Source: Candidatus Beckwithbacteria bacterium (GTDB lineage: Bacteria > Patescibacteriota > Microgenomatia > UBA1400 > UBA1449). From it: a DNA stretch of 64,000 nt. Under the pieces are notes generated by a model. That model saw nothing but the letters and a program-made list of their open reading frames with translations. It did not search any database and was not told where the DNA came from. Of the stretch, positions 19,688-28,598 are shown one piece after another (positions within the stretch are counted from its first letter, which is position 1; each line of letters starts with the position of its first letter). The stretch is taken from contig JAAZOH010000004.1 in NCBI GenBank assembly GCA_012797845.1, positions 1,658-65,657 on the forward strand. The letters are read 5' to 3'. Position numbers and translations under genes: made by a program.

Positions 19688-22546
19688 ATGCAACTAAATG
19701 ATTCCCAGCAAAAAGCTGTCAAACACCAGAAAGGTCCGCTCCTTATTATTGCCGGCGCCGGGACGGGTAAAACTACAGTTATTACCGAACGGATTAAGTA
19801 TTTAATCAAAAAAGAAAAACTGGAAGCTAATAATGTAGTGGCTCTGACGTTTACCGAAAAAGCAGCTGGGGAAATGATTGAGCGACTTGATCAAGTTATG
19901 CCGTATGGGTATGAAGAACCATGGATTTGCACTTTTCATGGCTTTTGTGAGCGGATATTAAGATTGGAAGGTTTGGAAATTGGACTCTCACCTGACTATA
20001 AAATTTTGACAACACCTCAGGAATGGATTTTACTGCGGAAGTATGTATTTGAATTAGGATTAAAACATTACGCTCCCTTAAGTAGTCCTAATCGCTTTAT
20101 TCATAGTTTGATCAAGTTTTTTTCAAGATTGCAGGATGAAGATGTAAACGAATCGGAACTTGAACCATTTTTAGAAAATAATGAAAAGATTCTTCTCCTT
20201 CGACAAGCTCAGGATCAGGATGACGCAATTAAAGAAGAAATAGAAAAATATCAGGAGTTGTTTAGAGCATATAAAAAATACCAAGAACTGAAGCTTAAAG
20301 AAAACGTTTTGGATTTTGGTGATTTAATTACCTGGACATTAAAACTTTTCCGAGAGCGAAAATCGGTTTTGGCAAAGTACAAAAAACAGTTTAAATATAT
20401 TTTAGTAGACGAGTTTCAGGATACTAATTTTGCCCAACTTCAATTAATAAAACTCCTGGCTCCACCTGAGGAAAATCCCAATTTGACTGTAGTAGGAGAT
20501 GATGATCAGGCTATTTATGCGTTTCGCGGTTCTTCAGTCCACAACATTTTAGATTTTAAAAAACATTACCCAGGAGCTTGCGAAGTAGTTTTAACCACCA
20601 ACTATCGTAGTGGTCAACCAATTTTAAACACCGCTTACAGTTCAATTATCAAGAATAACCCAGACCGACTAGAACAAATTTTGCAAATTGATAAAAAACT
20701 GATTGCAGCTCGGGGTCGAAAACTGCCTGTACCAGCTGTTTTTGAAGTAGAAACTCAGGAACAAGAATCTGATTTTGTAGTTGAGAAAATTTTAGAATTA
20801 GTCGGTCAGGATTACACGTATAAAGATGTGGCTATTTTAGCTAGGGCCAACAACCATTTAGACCAATTTGTGGCGGCGTTTCGCCGAGCTGGTATCCCAT
20901 ATCAGCTAGTTGGCAATCGGGGGTTGTTTGATCAGGATGAAGTTCGAGATTTACTTTTTTTCTTAAAAGTGGCAGCTGATCCATGCGATCAAACTTCACT
21001 TTTTTATTTGCTACACAATCAAGTTTTTGAAATAAAGCCCGAAGAGCTACTAAATTTACTAACCCAAGCTAAACAAAATAGCATGCCGCTTTGGCAGCTG
21101 CTCTCTGAAAAAGCTAGCAGCCTAAGTGATTACAAAAAGATTGTTGGCTATATTGCCAAGGCCCAAGAGCAAGACACTAAAAAGCCGATCACTGAAATTC
21201 TGCATGATTTTATTCATGCCAGTGCTTACTTGAATCAGTATTTGAAAGAAGACAGCATTGAAAATCAACTAAAACTCAAAAATATCAATCTCTTTTTTAA
21301 TAAACTTAAAGTCTTTGATAATGATTTTCCTAAAGCTAGTTTAGCTGATGTAGTTGAGTATTTTGATCTTCTCCAAGAGGCTGGAGAAAATCCAGCTCAG
21401 GCCCAAATTGAAGATATTGATACGGTTTCGCTACTCACTATCCATGCGGCCAAAGGTTTGGAGTGGCCGATTGTGTTTTTAGTCAATATGGTCTCAGACC
21501 GCTTTCCATCTCGGAACCGCAGTGACGGCCTCGAAATTCCGGATGATTTTATTAAGCAAAAATTGCCCAAAGGCGATGCTCATTTACAGGAGGAACGGCG
21601 CTTATTTTATGTGGCAGTTACTAGAGCTCGGGATTACCTGTTTGCAGTCTATGGGAAAGATTACGGTGGAGCCAGGGCTAAAAAAGCTTCAGGGTTTTTA
21701 TCTGAACTGGGCGTTGATATGCAAAGTTGGCAACCTAAAAGTGGTCAGCTATCATGGCTGACTCAAATGCAAGGTGTTTCAGCACCGCAGCCTCGCAAAG
21801 TTTTAGACGGTAAATTGCAACTCAATACTTTGTCTTATTCGCAAATTGATACATACCAAACTTGTCCCTTACGCTATAAATACCAGTACGTCCTGCAGGT
21901 GCCAACCCGACCGACTCACAACATTACCTTTGGCAGTACGATTCACAATACTTTACAAAAATTTCACCGTTTTGAAATCAAAGACCAAAAGCCGGATTTA
22001 ACTACCCTTCTTCATATTTACGAAAAAGAGTTTCAAACCTTGGGCTATGAATCTGAAGCTCACCGGCAAAAACGCTTTGAACAAGGTAAAGAAGCTCTAA
22101 CCAATTATTATCACCATTATCAGGAACAATTTGAAGGTAAGCCTCAATCGTTGGAAGTTTCTTTTCGCTTACAACTGGATCACACACCGTTGGTTGGCCG
22201 GATTGACCGGGTAGATAATTTGCCAAATGGGGGACTAGAACTGATTGATTACAAAACCGGTAAAACCCGGGAGCAAAAAGAAGTGGATAAAGATGAGCAG
22301 CTATCCGTTTACTCCATGGCCTCACAGCAGATTTTTGGCAAAATCCCAGAAATTTTATCGCTTTATTTTATCGATGATGGAGTTAAAGTCAGTACTACCA
22401 GAACTGCCCAGCAACTGGAAAAAATAAAAGAAGAGCTGATTCAAGTGGTGGAAAAAATCAAGTCCGCTGATTTTGAAGCCACACCTGGGTTTATTTGTAG
22501 CTTCTGCCCTTACAACCAGATCTGCCCATTTGCGGTGAAGGTTTAG
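19688..22546 (+). CDS. UvrD/PcrA-type SF1 helicase fused to a C-terminal PD-(D/E)xK (RecB/Cas4-like, Fe-S) nuclease
   Basis: Helicase motifs AGAGTGKT, VDEFQD, GDDDQAIY, NYRS, TIHAAKGLE and EERRLFYVAVTRA. C-terminal CPLRY...GRIDRVD...IDYKTG...CSFCPYNQIC. Likely start is the ATG at 19688. Confidence 0.93.
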   Translation: MQLNDSQQKAVKHQKGPLLIIAGAGTGKTTVITERIKYLIKKEKLEANNVVALTFTEKAAGEMIERLDQVMPYGYEEPWICTFHGFCERILRLEGLEIGLSPDYKILTTPQEWILLRKYVFELGLKHYAPLSSPNRFIHSLIKFFSRLQDEDVNESELEPFLENNEKILLLRQAQDQDDAIKEEIEKYQELFRAYKKYQELKLKENVLDFGDLITWTLKLFRERKSVLAKYKKQFKYILVDEFQDTNFAQLQLIKLLAPPEENPNLTVVGDDDQAIYAFRGSSVHNILDFKKHYPGACEVVLTTNYRSGQPILNTAYSSIIKNNPDRLEQILQIDKKLIAARGRKLPVPAVFEVETQEQESDFVVEKILELVGQDYTYKDVAILARANNHLDQFVAAFRRAGIPYQLVGNRGLFDQDEVRDLLFFLKVAADPCDQTSLFYLLHNQVFEIKPEELLNLLTQAKQNSMPLWQLLSEKASSLSDYKKIVGYIAKAQEQDTKKPITEILHDFIHASAYLNQYLKEDSIENQLKLKNINLFFNKLKVFDNDFPKASLADVVEYFDLLQEAGENPAQAQIEDIDTVSLLTIHAAKGLEWPIVFLVNMVSDRFPSRNRSDGLEIPDDFIKQKLPKGDAHLQEERRLFYVAVTRARDYLFAVYGKDYGGARAKKASGFLSELGVDMQSWQPKSGQLSWLTQMQGVSAPQPRKVLDGKLQLNTLSYSQIDTYQTCPLRYKYQYVLQVPTRPTHNITFGSTIHNTLQKFHRFEIKDQKPDLTTLLHIYEKEFQTLGYESEAHRQKRFEQGKEALTNYYHHYQEQFEGKPQSLEVSFRLQLDHTPLVGRIDRVDNLPNGGLELIDYKTGKTREQKEVDKDEQLSVYSMASQQIFGKIPEILSLYFIDDGVKVSTTRTAQQLEKIKEELIQVVEKIKSADFEATPGFICSFCPYNQICPFAVKV
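20187..20224 (-). repeat. palindromic arm inserted in frame inside the helicase gene
   Basis: AGATTCTTCTCCTTCGACAAGCTCAGGATCAGGATGAC, translated as ILLLRQAQDQDD. Confidence 0.8.
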
Positions 22547-23632
22547 TTAATTTGTTTTAGCAAGTTGCAGTATGTCTTCAAAGGAATAATTATTGCTGAC
22601 AAAAACATAAAATTTTAAACCAGAGTCTTTACTAGGTTTTTCATACTGAGAGATAGTAACGACTTTTATCTGATTATTATTAAAAGTGATTACTCCATCA
22701 ATACTACCCATAGGTCCACTTGCCATCATTGCTTCAATTTCATTCTCACCCTTTTTAAATCTTTTTTCCCAATCCGCATTTATAAACTTTTTTACTAAGC
22801 TGATATAGTAGTCATAAGAATTACCTATTATATCTTCATCTTTTATAGTCCACAACTCACCTTCTAAAAATACTGGCCCTAAAAGTTTGTTGTCATCATG
22901 GACAAATAAAGCCTCTTCACGATAGTTTTGCTTAACCAGATAAAAATCATTGCCTAATAATTCTCGATAACTATCAAGATCTAAAGATTGATCACCTTCA
23001 TCTAAAAACTTAAATGTGGAAAGGATTTGATCAAAAACATTTTTCAATTCTTGCGTTTCCCCATCCCATGACAAAAAGATTCTAAAAACATTGCCATCTT
23101 TTTCAAAATAAACTAGTTCTCCTGGAGGGTTTTGTCCTCCGGGATATGACTTTTTATAAGCAGGCAGACCATCAATAACGATATTTCTTTCCGCTGTTTT
23201 TGCCTCTCCTGTACCATCCCAAGATGCTTGTACAGAAATATCAATTGTTGCATAAGGAGTAATATTGTCTAAAAAAATTGTTGTTGAAGCTAAATACCCT
23301 GTATAATTTGTTTCTTTTAAACTTGCTAATTTTGGATATTTAAACTCAAAGCCATACCCTTCGCTCGTATATGTTTCCCAATCAGCAGTTTCATCAACTT
23401 GAGCTTGAGGAGTGGGGGTTGGGGTAGGATTTTGGCTTGCTACAGGTGGTTGATTAGCAATTTGTTTCTTAGTTAAGTATTGACCAGCTAGAAATCCAGC
23501 TAGACCAATAAAGCAAATAGCCACTAATCCAAGCGCTACATATAGTAATTTGCTGTTTTTTGGTTTGGGTTGGAATTCTTCCTGAGGAGTTGCAGGATTA
23601 TTAATTGGGGTGGGTTGTTGAGAATTTTGCAT
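22547..23632 (-). CDS. membrane-anchored hypothetical protein (Pro/Thr linker, PsbP-like domain)
   Basis: N-terminal TM, PTPTPTP linker and WETYT..GYGFEFKYP...FDQILSTFKF module. Confidence 0.6.
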   Translation of the reverse strand: MQNSQQPTPINNPATPQEEFQPKPKNSKLLYVALGLVAICFIGLAGFLAGQYLTKKQIANQPPVASQNPTPTPTPQAQVDETADWETYTSEGYGFEFKYPKLASLKETNYTGYLASTTIFLDNITPYATIDISVQASWDGTGEAKTAERNIVIDGLPAYKKSYPGGQNPPGELVYFEKDGNVFRIFLSWDGETQELKNVFDQILSTFKFLDEGDQSLDLDSYRELLGNDFYLVKQNYREEALFVHDDNKLLGPVFLEGELWTIKDEDIIGNSYDYYISLVKKFINADWEKRFKKGENEIEAMMASGPMGSIDGVITFNNNQIKVVTISQYEKPSKDSGLKFYVFVSNNYSFEDILQLAKTN

Positions 23633-23665
23633 ATAGTTTATGATCTCAGGATTATTGATATGGTG

Positions 23666-24544
23666 TCAACTAGCGCTGAAACCAAGCTTAAACTTGGTAA
23701 ATCCCTTCCAACCAGAATTGAGTTTGGGAAAGCGCTCATCCCATAAACCTTCAAAGTCAAAGATTTTCATCTTGCGTTTTTTGCTTTCCAAAATTGCTTG
23801 CCAAATACATAAAGTTGGAGCAAAAAGTTGATGGCTTTTTAGAGTTGAAGCGTTGTGCCAATAGAAAGCCATATTAGGAGTAGTTAGGATAAGACAAGTG
23901 GCCAACAGGTTATTAGTAATAGATTCTTCGCTACGCTCAGAATGACACTTTTGAGAAATAAAGACAAAAAAACATTTCCCTCCAAAAGATCTGACTAAGT
24001 TTTCTAGCTCTGAAAATTTAGGTTTAAACAGCCAGTTGTGCGGTTTATTTTTTGACCACAGTTGATAGAAATTTTGCAATTGTTCTTTGCTTGTTTTATC
24101 TCCAGAAATAATTGAAACTACTAATTTTTGTTGAGCCTTGCGTAAGTTATAACGGGTTTTAGCTTTTAAGTTTGCCAATAAATAGTTTTCAGATTTAGTT
24201 ACGTCAAGCCATAGGGTTTTAGTAGGTAAAACTGGCCAAGAATTATTTTTATCTTTAGTAAAATAAATCTGATCTTTTTTTTGTTTAGCAATAATAAAAG
24301 GTTCTTGCTTAAAAATTACAACTCTATGTTTTCTTTTGATTTGCTTAACCATTTTGGGGTCGAGTGATTTTTTAGCGCGCAAAATTTTAACCAAACCAAA
24401 AGGAGTTAAGGGAATAGTGCGGTAAGAATAAAAAACTGTGTCTTTATCTTGTCTTAAAACACCTTGTTGCCAGCCAAGGGTTTGCATAAATTGGTTGAAC
24501 TGCGATGTTTGACGGACATCAATAAGATTAGTATTTGAAAACAT
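23666..24544 (-). CDS. FemAB/FemX-like lipid II aminoacyltransferase paralog
   Basis: KTRYNLRKA and FDFEG....GFTKFKLGF motifs, adjacent to a second Fem gene. Confidence 0.8.
   Translation of the reverse strand: MFSNTNLIDVRQTSQFNQFMQTLGWQQGVLRQDKDTVFYSYRTIPLTPFGLVKILRAKKSLDPKMVKQIKRKHRVVIFKQEPFIIAKQKKDQIYFTKDKNNSWPVLPTKTLWLDVTKSENYLLANLKAKTRYNLRKAQQKLVVSIISGDKTSKEQLQNFYQLWSKNKPHNWLFKPKFSELENLVRSFGGKCFFVFISQKCHSERSEESITNNLLATCLILTTPNMAFYWHNASTLKSHQLFAPTLCIWQAILESKKRKMKIFDFEGLWDERFPKLNSGWKGFTKFKLGFSAS
23921..23948 (-). repeat. palindromic arm inserted in frame in the femX paralog
   Basis: Minus strand GTGTCATTCTGAGCGTAGCGAAGAATCT encodes CHSERSEES and is nearly identical to the arm at 46338-46365. 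Confidence 0.9.
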
Positions 24545-25585
24545 TTACAATGGGAGGGCGGCTTTTAACTTAAGCAATTTCCAACGGGCTTTATCAGCTA
24601 TTTGATAAACCTGGTATTTAGGCTGATCAATCACATAATCAAATGTGCCCATAAATTCCATCAAAGTTGGGCCATAGCCTTGCTTGAATTTATGAAAACC
24701 CATCCAGGGATCTTTTGGATCAGGGTCAGGACCAAGGCTACCCCACATGTCAAAAATCTGGCAGCCAGCTTGCTTACCATAGCGTATAGCTTCCCACATC
24801 ATTAGATTGCTAGCCATCACTTCGCGGTCAGCAGAGCTAGAAGCGCCATATGGATAATACAAAATTTGATTAAAGGTAAATAAAATCCAAGTAACTAAAG
24901 TATTGCCTTGGTGAGTTGCTTTAAGAAGGTGAGCAATCCCAGCTGGTTTTAAGACTGACCACATTTGGCGGTGATACTTTTCGTTGTGAGCATAAAAGCG
25001 TTGCCGTTTGGTGGTTTCCTCAAAAGTTAATTTGAGATAATCTTCAAATGCCGATTCACTATTATCTTCGCTAATTTCCACCCCTTTGCGTTGAGCCAGT
25101 CCCACATTGTAGCGGGTTTTTTGCTTCATATTTGCCAGAAGTTCTTGCTCTGAAAGCCTAAGATTAGCCATGAAACTGTATTTAGTAAACATCGGCTTAC
25201 CAAAGACACAGCTATGCTCTTTAAGATATGTTTTGGCTTCAGCCAACTTTTCCTTATTATCAGTTTCAGCTATTTGATATACATTGGGTTCAAGTTTAAT
25301 AAAGATTGCATTTTTAGCTTTGCCCAGATCTTTCAAAGCAGCCAGAACTTCTTCACTAGGTAAAACTGATTTTGGCAAATAACCAATAGTAAAAGGAAAT
25401 TTAGGTACAGGATGAAAGGTGATAGTAAAACCATTGACAATTTTGCTGCCATTAAATTCACCAAGACGAACTACATCAATACCAGTTTTGGCACGAAACT
25501 CGCCCCATTCCCAAGACTGAAGCGGATGGGCCACCGCCTGGTTATAGCTATCTTTTTCTTCTGGTCGTACTTCTCGAACTAACAT
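24545..25585 (-). CDS. FemAB/FemX family peptidoglycan bridge aminoacyltransferase
   Basis: HPLQSWEWG, KTRYNV, YYPYGASS, FDMWG and GFHKFKQGYG motifs. Confidence 0.92.
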   Translation of the reverse strand: MLVREVRPEEKDSYNQAVAHPLQSWEWGEFRAKTGIDVVRLGEFNGSKIVNGFTITFHPVPKFPFTIGYLPKSVLPSEEVLAALKDLGKAKNAIFIKLEPNVYQIAETDNKEKLAEAKTYLKEHSCVFGKPMFTKYSFMANLRLSEQELLANMKQKTRYNVGLAQRKGVEISEDNSESAFEDYLKLTFEETTKRQRFYAHNEKYHRQMWSVLKPAGIAHLLKATHQGNTLVTWILFTFNQILYYPYGASSSADREVMASNLMMWEAIRYGKQAGCQIFDMWGSLGPDPDPKDPWMGFHKFKQGYGPTLMEFMGTFDYVIDQPKYQVYQIADKARWKLLKLKAALPL

Positions 25586-25616
25586 AATGATAAAATGGAT
25601 TTATTGATGTTACCTT

Positions 25617-25645
25617 GATCTACCAGCTGTCGGATCGAAATGACA
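25617..25645 (-). repeat. possible decayed arm of the TGTCAT family
   Basis: GATC...TCGAAATGACA end in the divergent intergenic region. Confidence 0.35.
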
Positions 25646-25673
25646 AGGTTAAGTATTTTTATTATAACGCACC

Positions 25674-26777
25674 ATGAACCCAACAGACTATAGCAATACA
25701 CTCTTTTGGCAACGGATCAAACGTTGGCTATTACGGCATATTTGGTTTACTAGGGTAGTAATTATCTTATCGTTTTTGGCGGTACTGACAGTTTTAATTA
25801 GCCTATTTAGTAAACCAGTTTCAAGCTTGTTGCAAAAAATTCTATATGGTCCGAAAGTAGTCACGACTTTTTTTACTGATCCGCTATACACATTGCCCTC
25901 ATATCAAAATCATACCAATATTTTAATTCTGGGCAAAGGTAATGCTAGCCATGAAGCGGCTGATTTGACAGACACTATTATTTTTTTGTCACTGGATTTA
26001 GTTAATAACGAAGTACTGATGCTCTCGATTCCCCGCGATATTTGGATCACCTCTTTAGCAGCCAAAATTAATACAGCCTACTATTATGGTGAACAAAAGG
26101 AAAAAGGCGGTGGTTTTCCTTTGGTTGAAGATGCCGTCTATGAAATTGTTGGTCAACCAATTCACTATGTAGCTATGGTTGATTTTGACGGTTTTGTCAA
26201 ACTGATTGATTTGCTGGGCGGAGTAGATGTAACCGTTGACCAGAGTTTTACTGATGAATTTTACCCTATCCCTGGCAAAGAAGATGATGAGTGTAATGGT
26301 GATCCGGAGTTTAGATGCCGTTATGAAGTTTTACACTTTGAAAAAGGTTTGCAACATATGGATGGGCAAACAGCGCTTAAATTTTCCCGCTCCCGGCATG
26401 CCGAAGGGGATGAAGGCACTGATTTTGCCAGATCAGCTAGACAACAAAAAGTCTTAAAAGCTATCAAAGAAAAACTCAGTTCTTCACAAGTCTATCTTAA
26501 TCCCAGCAAATTACTGGAACTTAAAAAGCTGGCTTCACAATATATTACGTTTAATAAAGATATTTCTGAAAAAATTTATGCTGGTCTGGCTGGTTTTGGT
26601 TATAATTTTTGGCGATCTGGTAAAGAAATTACCACAATCACACTAGATACTGGCGATGACGATAACCCAGGTTTTTTAGTTAATCCTCCTGTTGAAAAAT
26701 ATGATCAGTGGGTGTTGGAGCCCAGTGCCGGAACGTGGGATGAGTTTCAGGCTTATTTACGGCAGAAGATGAAATAA
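25674..26777 (+). CDS. LytR-CpsA-Psr (LCP) family phosphotransferase
   Basis: TDTII, SIPRD, KINTAY, IDLLGGVDV and RSR..GTDFARSARQQ motifs. Confidence 0.93.
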   Translation: MNPTDYSNTLFWQRIKRWLLRHIWFTRVVIILSFLAVLTVLISLFSKPVSSLLQKILYGPKVVTTFFTDPLYTLPSYQNHTNILILGKGNASHEAADLTDTIIFLSLDLVNNEVLMLSIPRDIWITSLAAKINTAYYYGEQKEKGGGFPLVEDAVYEIVGQPIHYVAMVDFDGFVKLIDLLGGVDVTVDQSFTDEFYPIPGKEDDECNGDPEFRCRYEVLHFEKGLQHMDGQTALKFSRSRHAEGDEGTDFARSARQQKVLKAIKEKLSSSQVYLNPSKLLELKKLASQYITFNKDISEKIYAGLAGFGYNFWRSGKEITTITLDTGDDDNPGFLVNPPVEKYDQWVLEPSAGTWDEFQAYLRQKMK

Positions 26778-26779
26778 GT

Positions 26780-27004
26780 TTATCCTGGCATTTCTACTAC
26801 ACCATATCCAGTATCAATTGCCTCTCTTACTTTTGGTTTACATGCTCGATCTGTCCTTAGATTAACGCCCATACCGTGATAAGGTCCAGCGGAATCTTTT
26901 TGGATTAGTTCTTTTGCTGTAGAACAACCAGTTTTTTCAAGAATTAATGCTAAAAATTGTTGATGTATATCTGTTGATAGAGGTTCAACGTCCTTTGATC
27001 TCAT
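26780..27004 (-). CDS. small hypothetical protein
   Basis: 74-aa ORF filling the gap in a minus-strand gene run, with TATACT 6 nt before the ATG. Confidence 0.45.
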   Translation of the reverse strand: MRSKDVEPLSTDIHQQFLALILEKTGCSTAKELIQKDSAGPYHGMGVNLRTDRACKPKVREAIDTGYGVVEMPG

Positions 27005-27019
27005 AAAATGAGTATATGA

Positions 27020-27559
27020 TTATTTAAATTGTTCGTAAAGCTCAGGATTTTTAAACGGGATTAAAGCTAAAATTATCGCTTCACTGTAATAGCTACTTCG
27101 ATTGATTAAATTGTGAGTTAGTAATCCGACAGCTCCGTTTTTATATTTGCTATTGGTCCGACCAAAAACAATATCATCAGCTTCACCCAACTCTTTACCT
27201 TCTTTAATAAGTTCAGTTATTTTTGGTGGCAGATAAAAAGTGCCGGTTTTGGCCTGACCAAGATTACTTTTACTCGTAATTACGACCCAGGCGAAGGTTC
27301 TCATTTTACCATCTACTACTTCAATACCTCCTTCAATGCCAATCCAGTAATCAGCCTGAGGTTTTTGGACTTGAGCAGCTTTAGCTCGATTAGAAGCACC
27401 CTGAAATGTTTCAAGGTCAGTCATGGGTTGTTTACCAACTCCGGAATCAACTTTGATACCTTTATAGTTGTATATTTCTTGAGGAAACATTTTTTCAAAA
27501 CCAAGTTTAGTGGCTTCTATTTTAATTGGATTTTGAGAGGCGATGATGACTTTTTTCAT
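27020..27559 (-). CDS. yjjX: inosine/xanthosine triphosphatase (YjjX family)
   Basis: ASQNPIK, SGV..QPM, GIEGG, ELG..D and GAVGLLT motifs. Confidence 0.9.
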   Translation of the reverse strand: MKKVIIASQNPIKIEATKLGFEKMFPQEIYNYKGIKVDSGVGKQPMTDLETFQGASNRAKAAQVQKPQADYWIGIEGGIEVVDGKMRTFAWVVITSKSNLGQAKTGTFYLPPKITELIKEGKELGEADDIVFGRTNSKYKNGAVGLLTHNLINRSSYYSEAIILALIPFKNPELYEQFK

Positions 27560-27562
27560 ATA

Positions 27563-27979
27563 CTAAAATAACCAGTAGAACCTGGGAATAAATTGAATTT
27601 CTAATTCTTCCAGTTGTGCTTCGAGATTTTCTCGATCTATGATTACTTGCTTTCTCGTATTTTCATACTCTTGATTATTAAATTTTGCAATAAATCGAAT
27701 ATTTTCATCCGTTATTCTTTCCATTTCCTTTCTATGCCTTTCAAATAAACCTCTATTTAATTCTACTATTTCTATGCAAGCGTTTGATGCTTTTTCAACT
27801 TCTTGTAGAGAAGGTTCACCATTTTTTTTATATAAGTATAAAGTTCTGTAAAGCTGTCCAATTAGTTCACTTAACAAACCAAGAAAATCTAATAGATGTG
27901 GAGGTTTTTCATTAATTTCTATTGGTGAATCAATCTTAGCGGAAATATTACAATCTTGTATTAACAATCCTTCTTCCAT
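27563..27979 (-). CDS. hypothetical protein
   Basis: 138-aa helical ORF in an operon-like position. Confidence 0.55.
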   Translation of the reverse strand: MEEGLLIQDCNISAKIDSPIEINEKPPHLLDFLGLLSELIGQLYRTLYLYKKNGEPSLQEVEKASNACIEIVELNRGLFERHRKEMERITDENIRFIAKFNNQEYENTRKQVIIDRENLEAQLEELEIQFIPRFYWLF

Positions 27980-27985
27980 AAATAT

Positions 27986-28561
27986 TTACTCTCCAAATTG
28001 ATAACCTTTCTTTGCTAGTAACAAATATGGATAGCCACGCAACTCCTCTTTGCCAACTTGAGCATGTAGTTCTTCCAAAATTTCATATAAATACTCTTTG
28101 GCTGCTTGAGGGGTAGGAAATTGTCTTTTAGCTTCCAGCTCAATAAAACTACCTAAATCTTTAACCTCATCGATAGCAACTTCAACTTGTTTGTAATCCC
28201 AAGTACTCCGATTCTTATCAACTACGGCTAATGTTTTAAAATCTAAGCTTGTCAAAATTTTTTCTAAAACGCTAATATTGTCAAGGCTACTTTCAAACTC
28301 ATCACAATAGTCGGTGACTTTAGTATTTTCTGGATAGTAGTGTTTGTAAGTAATACAATTACCTTTTGAGCTATGGCGTAAACGCAACCATTCGTAGGGA
28401 TATTTAGTAGCCAGAAAATCCCGATGCTTAGGTGTGTAATAAATGTCTTTTTGATGAGTATTTTTAGCTAGCAGTTTGGCTTTTTTTTGTAAAAAAGCAA
28501 TTACTTCTTCAGGGTTTTTGAGAGGCAGTTTAATTTCGATTTCGATGTCATTAGGATTCAT
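27986..28561 (-). CDS. CYTH domain protein (class IV adenylate cyclase-like)
   Basis: EIEIK (ExExK), WLRLR, IDEV..LG.FIELE and GY motifs. Confidence 0.88.
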   Translation of the reverse strand: MNPNDIEIEIKLPLKNPEEVIAFLQKKAKLLAKNTHQKDIYYTPKHRDFLATKYPYEWLRLRHSSKGNCITYKHYYPENTKVTDYCDEFESSLDNISVLEKILTSLDFKTLAVVDKNRSTWDYKQVEVAIDEVKDLGSFIELEAKRQFPTPQAAKEYLYEILEELHAQVGKEELRGYPYLLLAKKGYQFGE

Positions 28562-28573
28562 AAAAGAAAAACA

Positions 28574-28596
28574 ATTCCTGTCTACGCAGGAATAAC
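28574..28596. repeat. short hairpin resembling the ATTCCTG..CAGGAATGAC repeat variant
   Basis: ATTCCTG-TCTACG-CAGGAAT-AAC. Confidence 0.45.
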
Positions 28597-28598
28597 GA

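Noticed and set aside
21800-22546. Cas4 / CRISPR adaptation gene
   Set aside because: The Cas4-like domain is fused to a UvrD motor with no cas neighbours, which fits an AddB/AdnAB-type repair nuclease.
27986-28561. Anti-phage cyclic nucleotide signalling (Pycsar-like)
   Set aside because: It is a CYTH fold rather than a class III cyclase, sits among nucleotide housekeeping genes, and has no recognisable effector.
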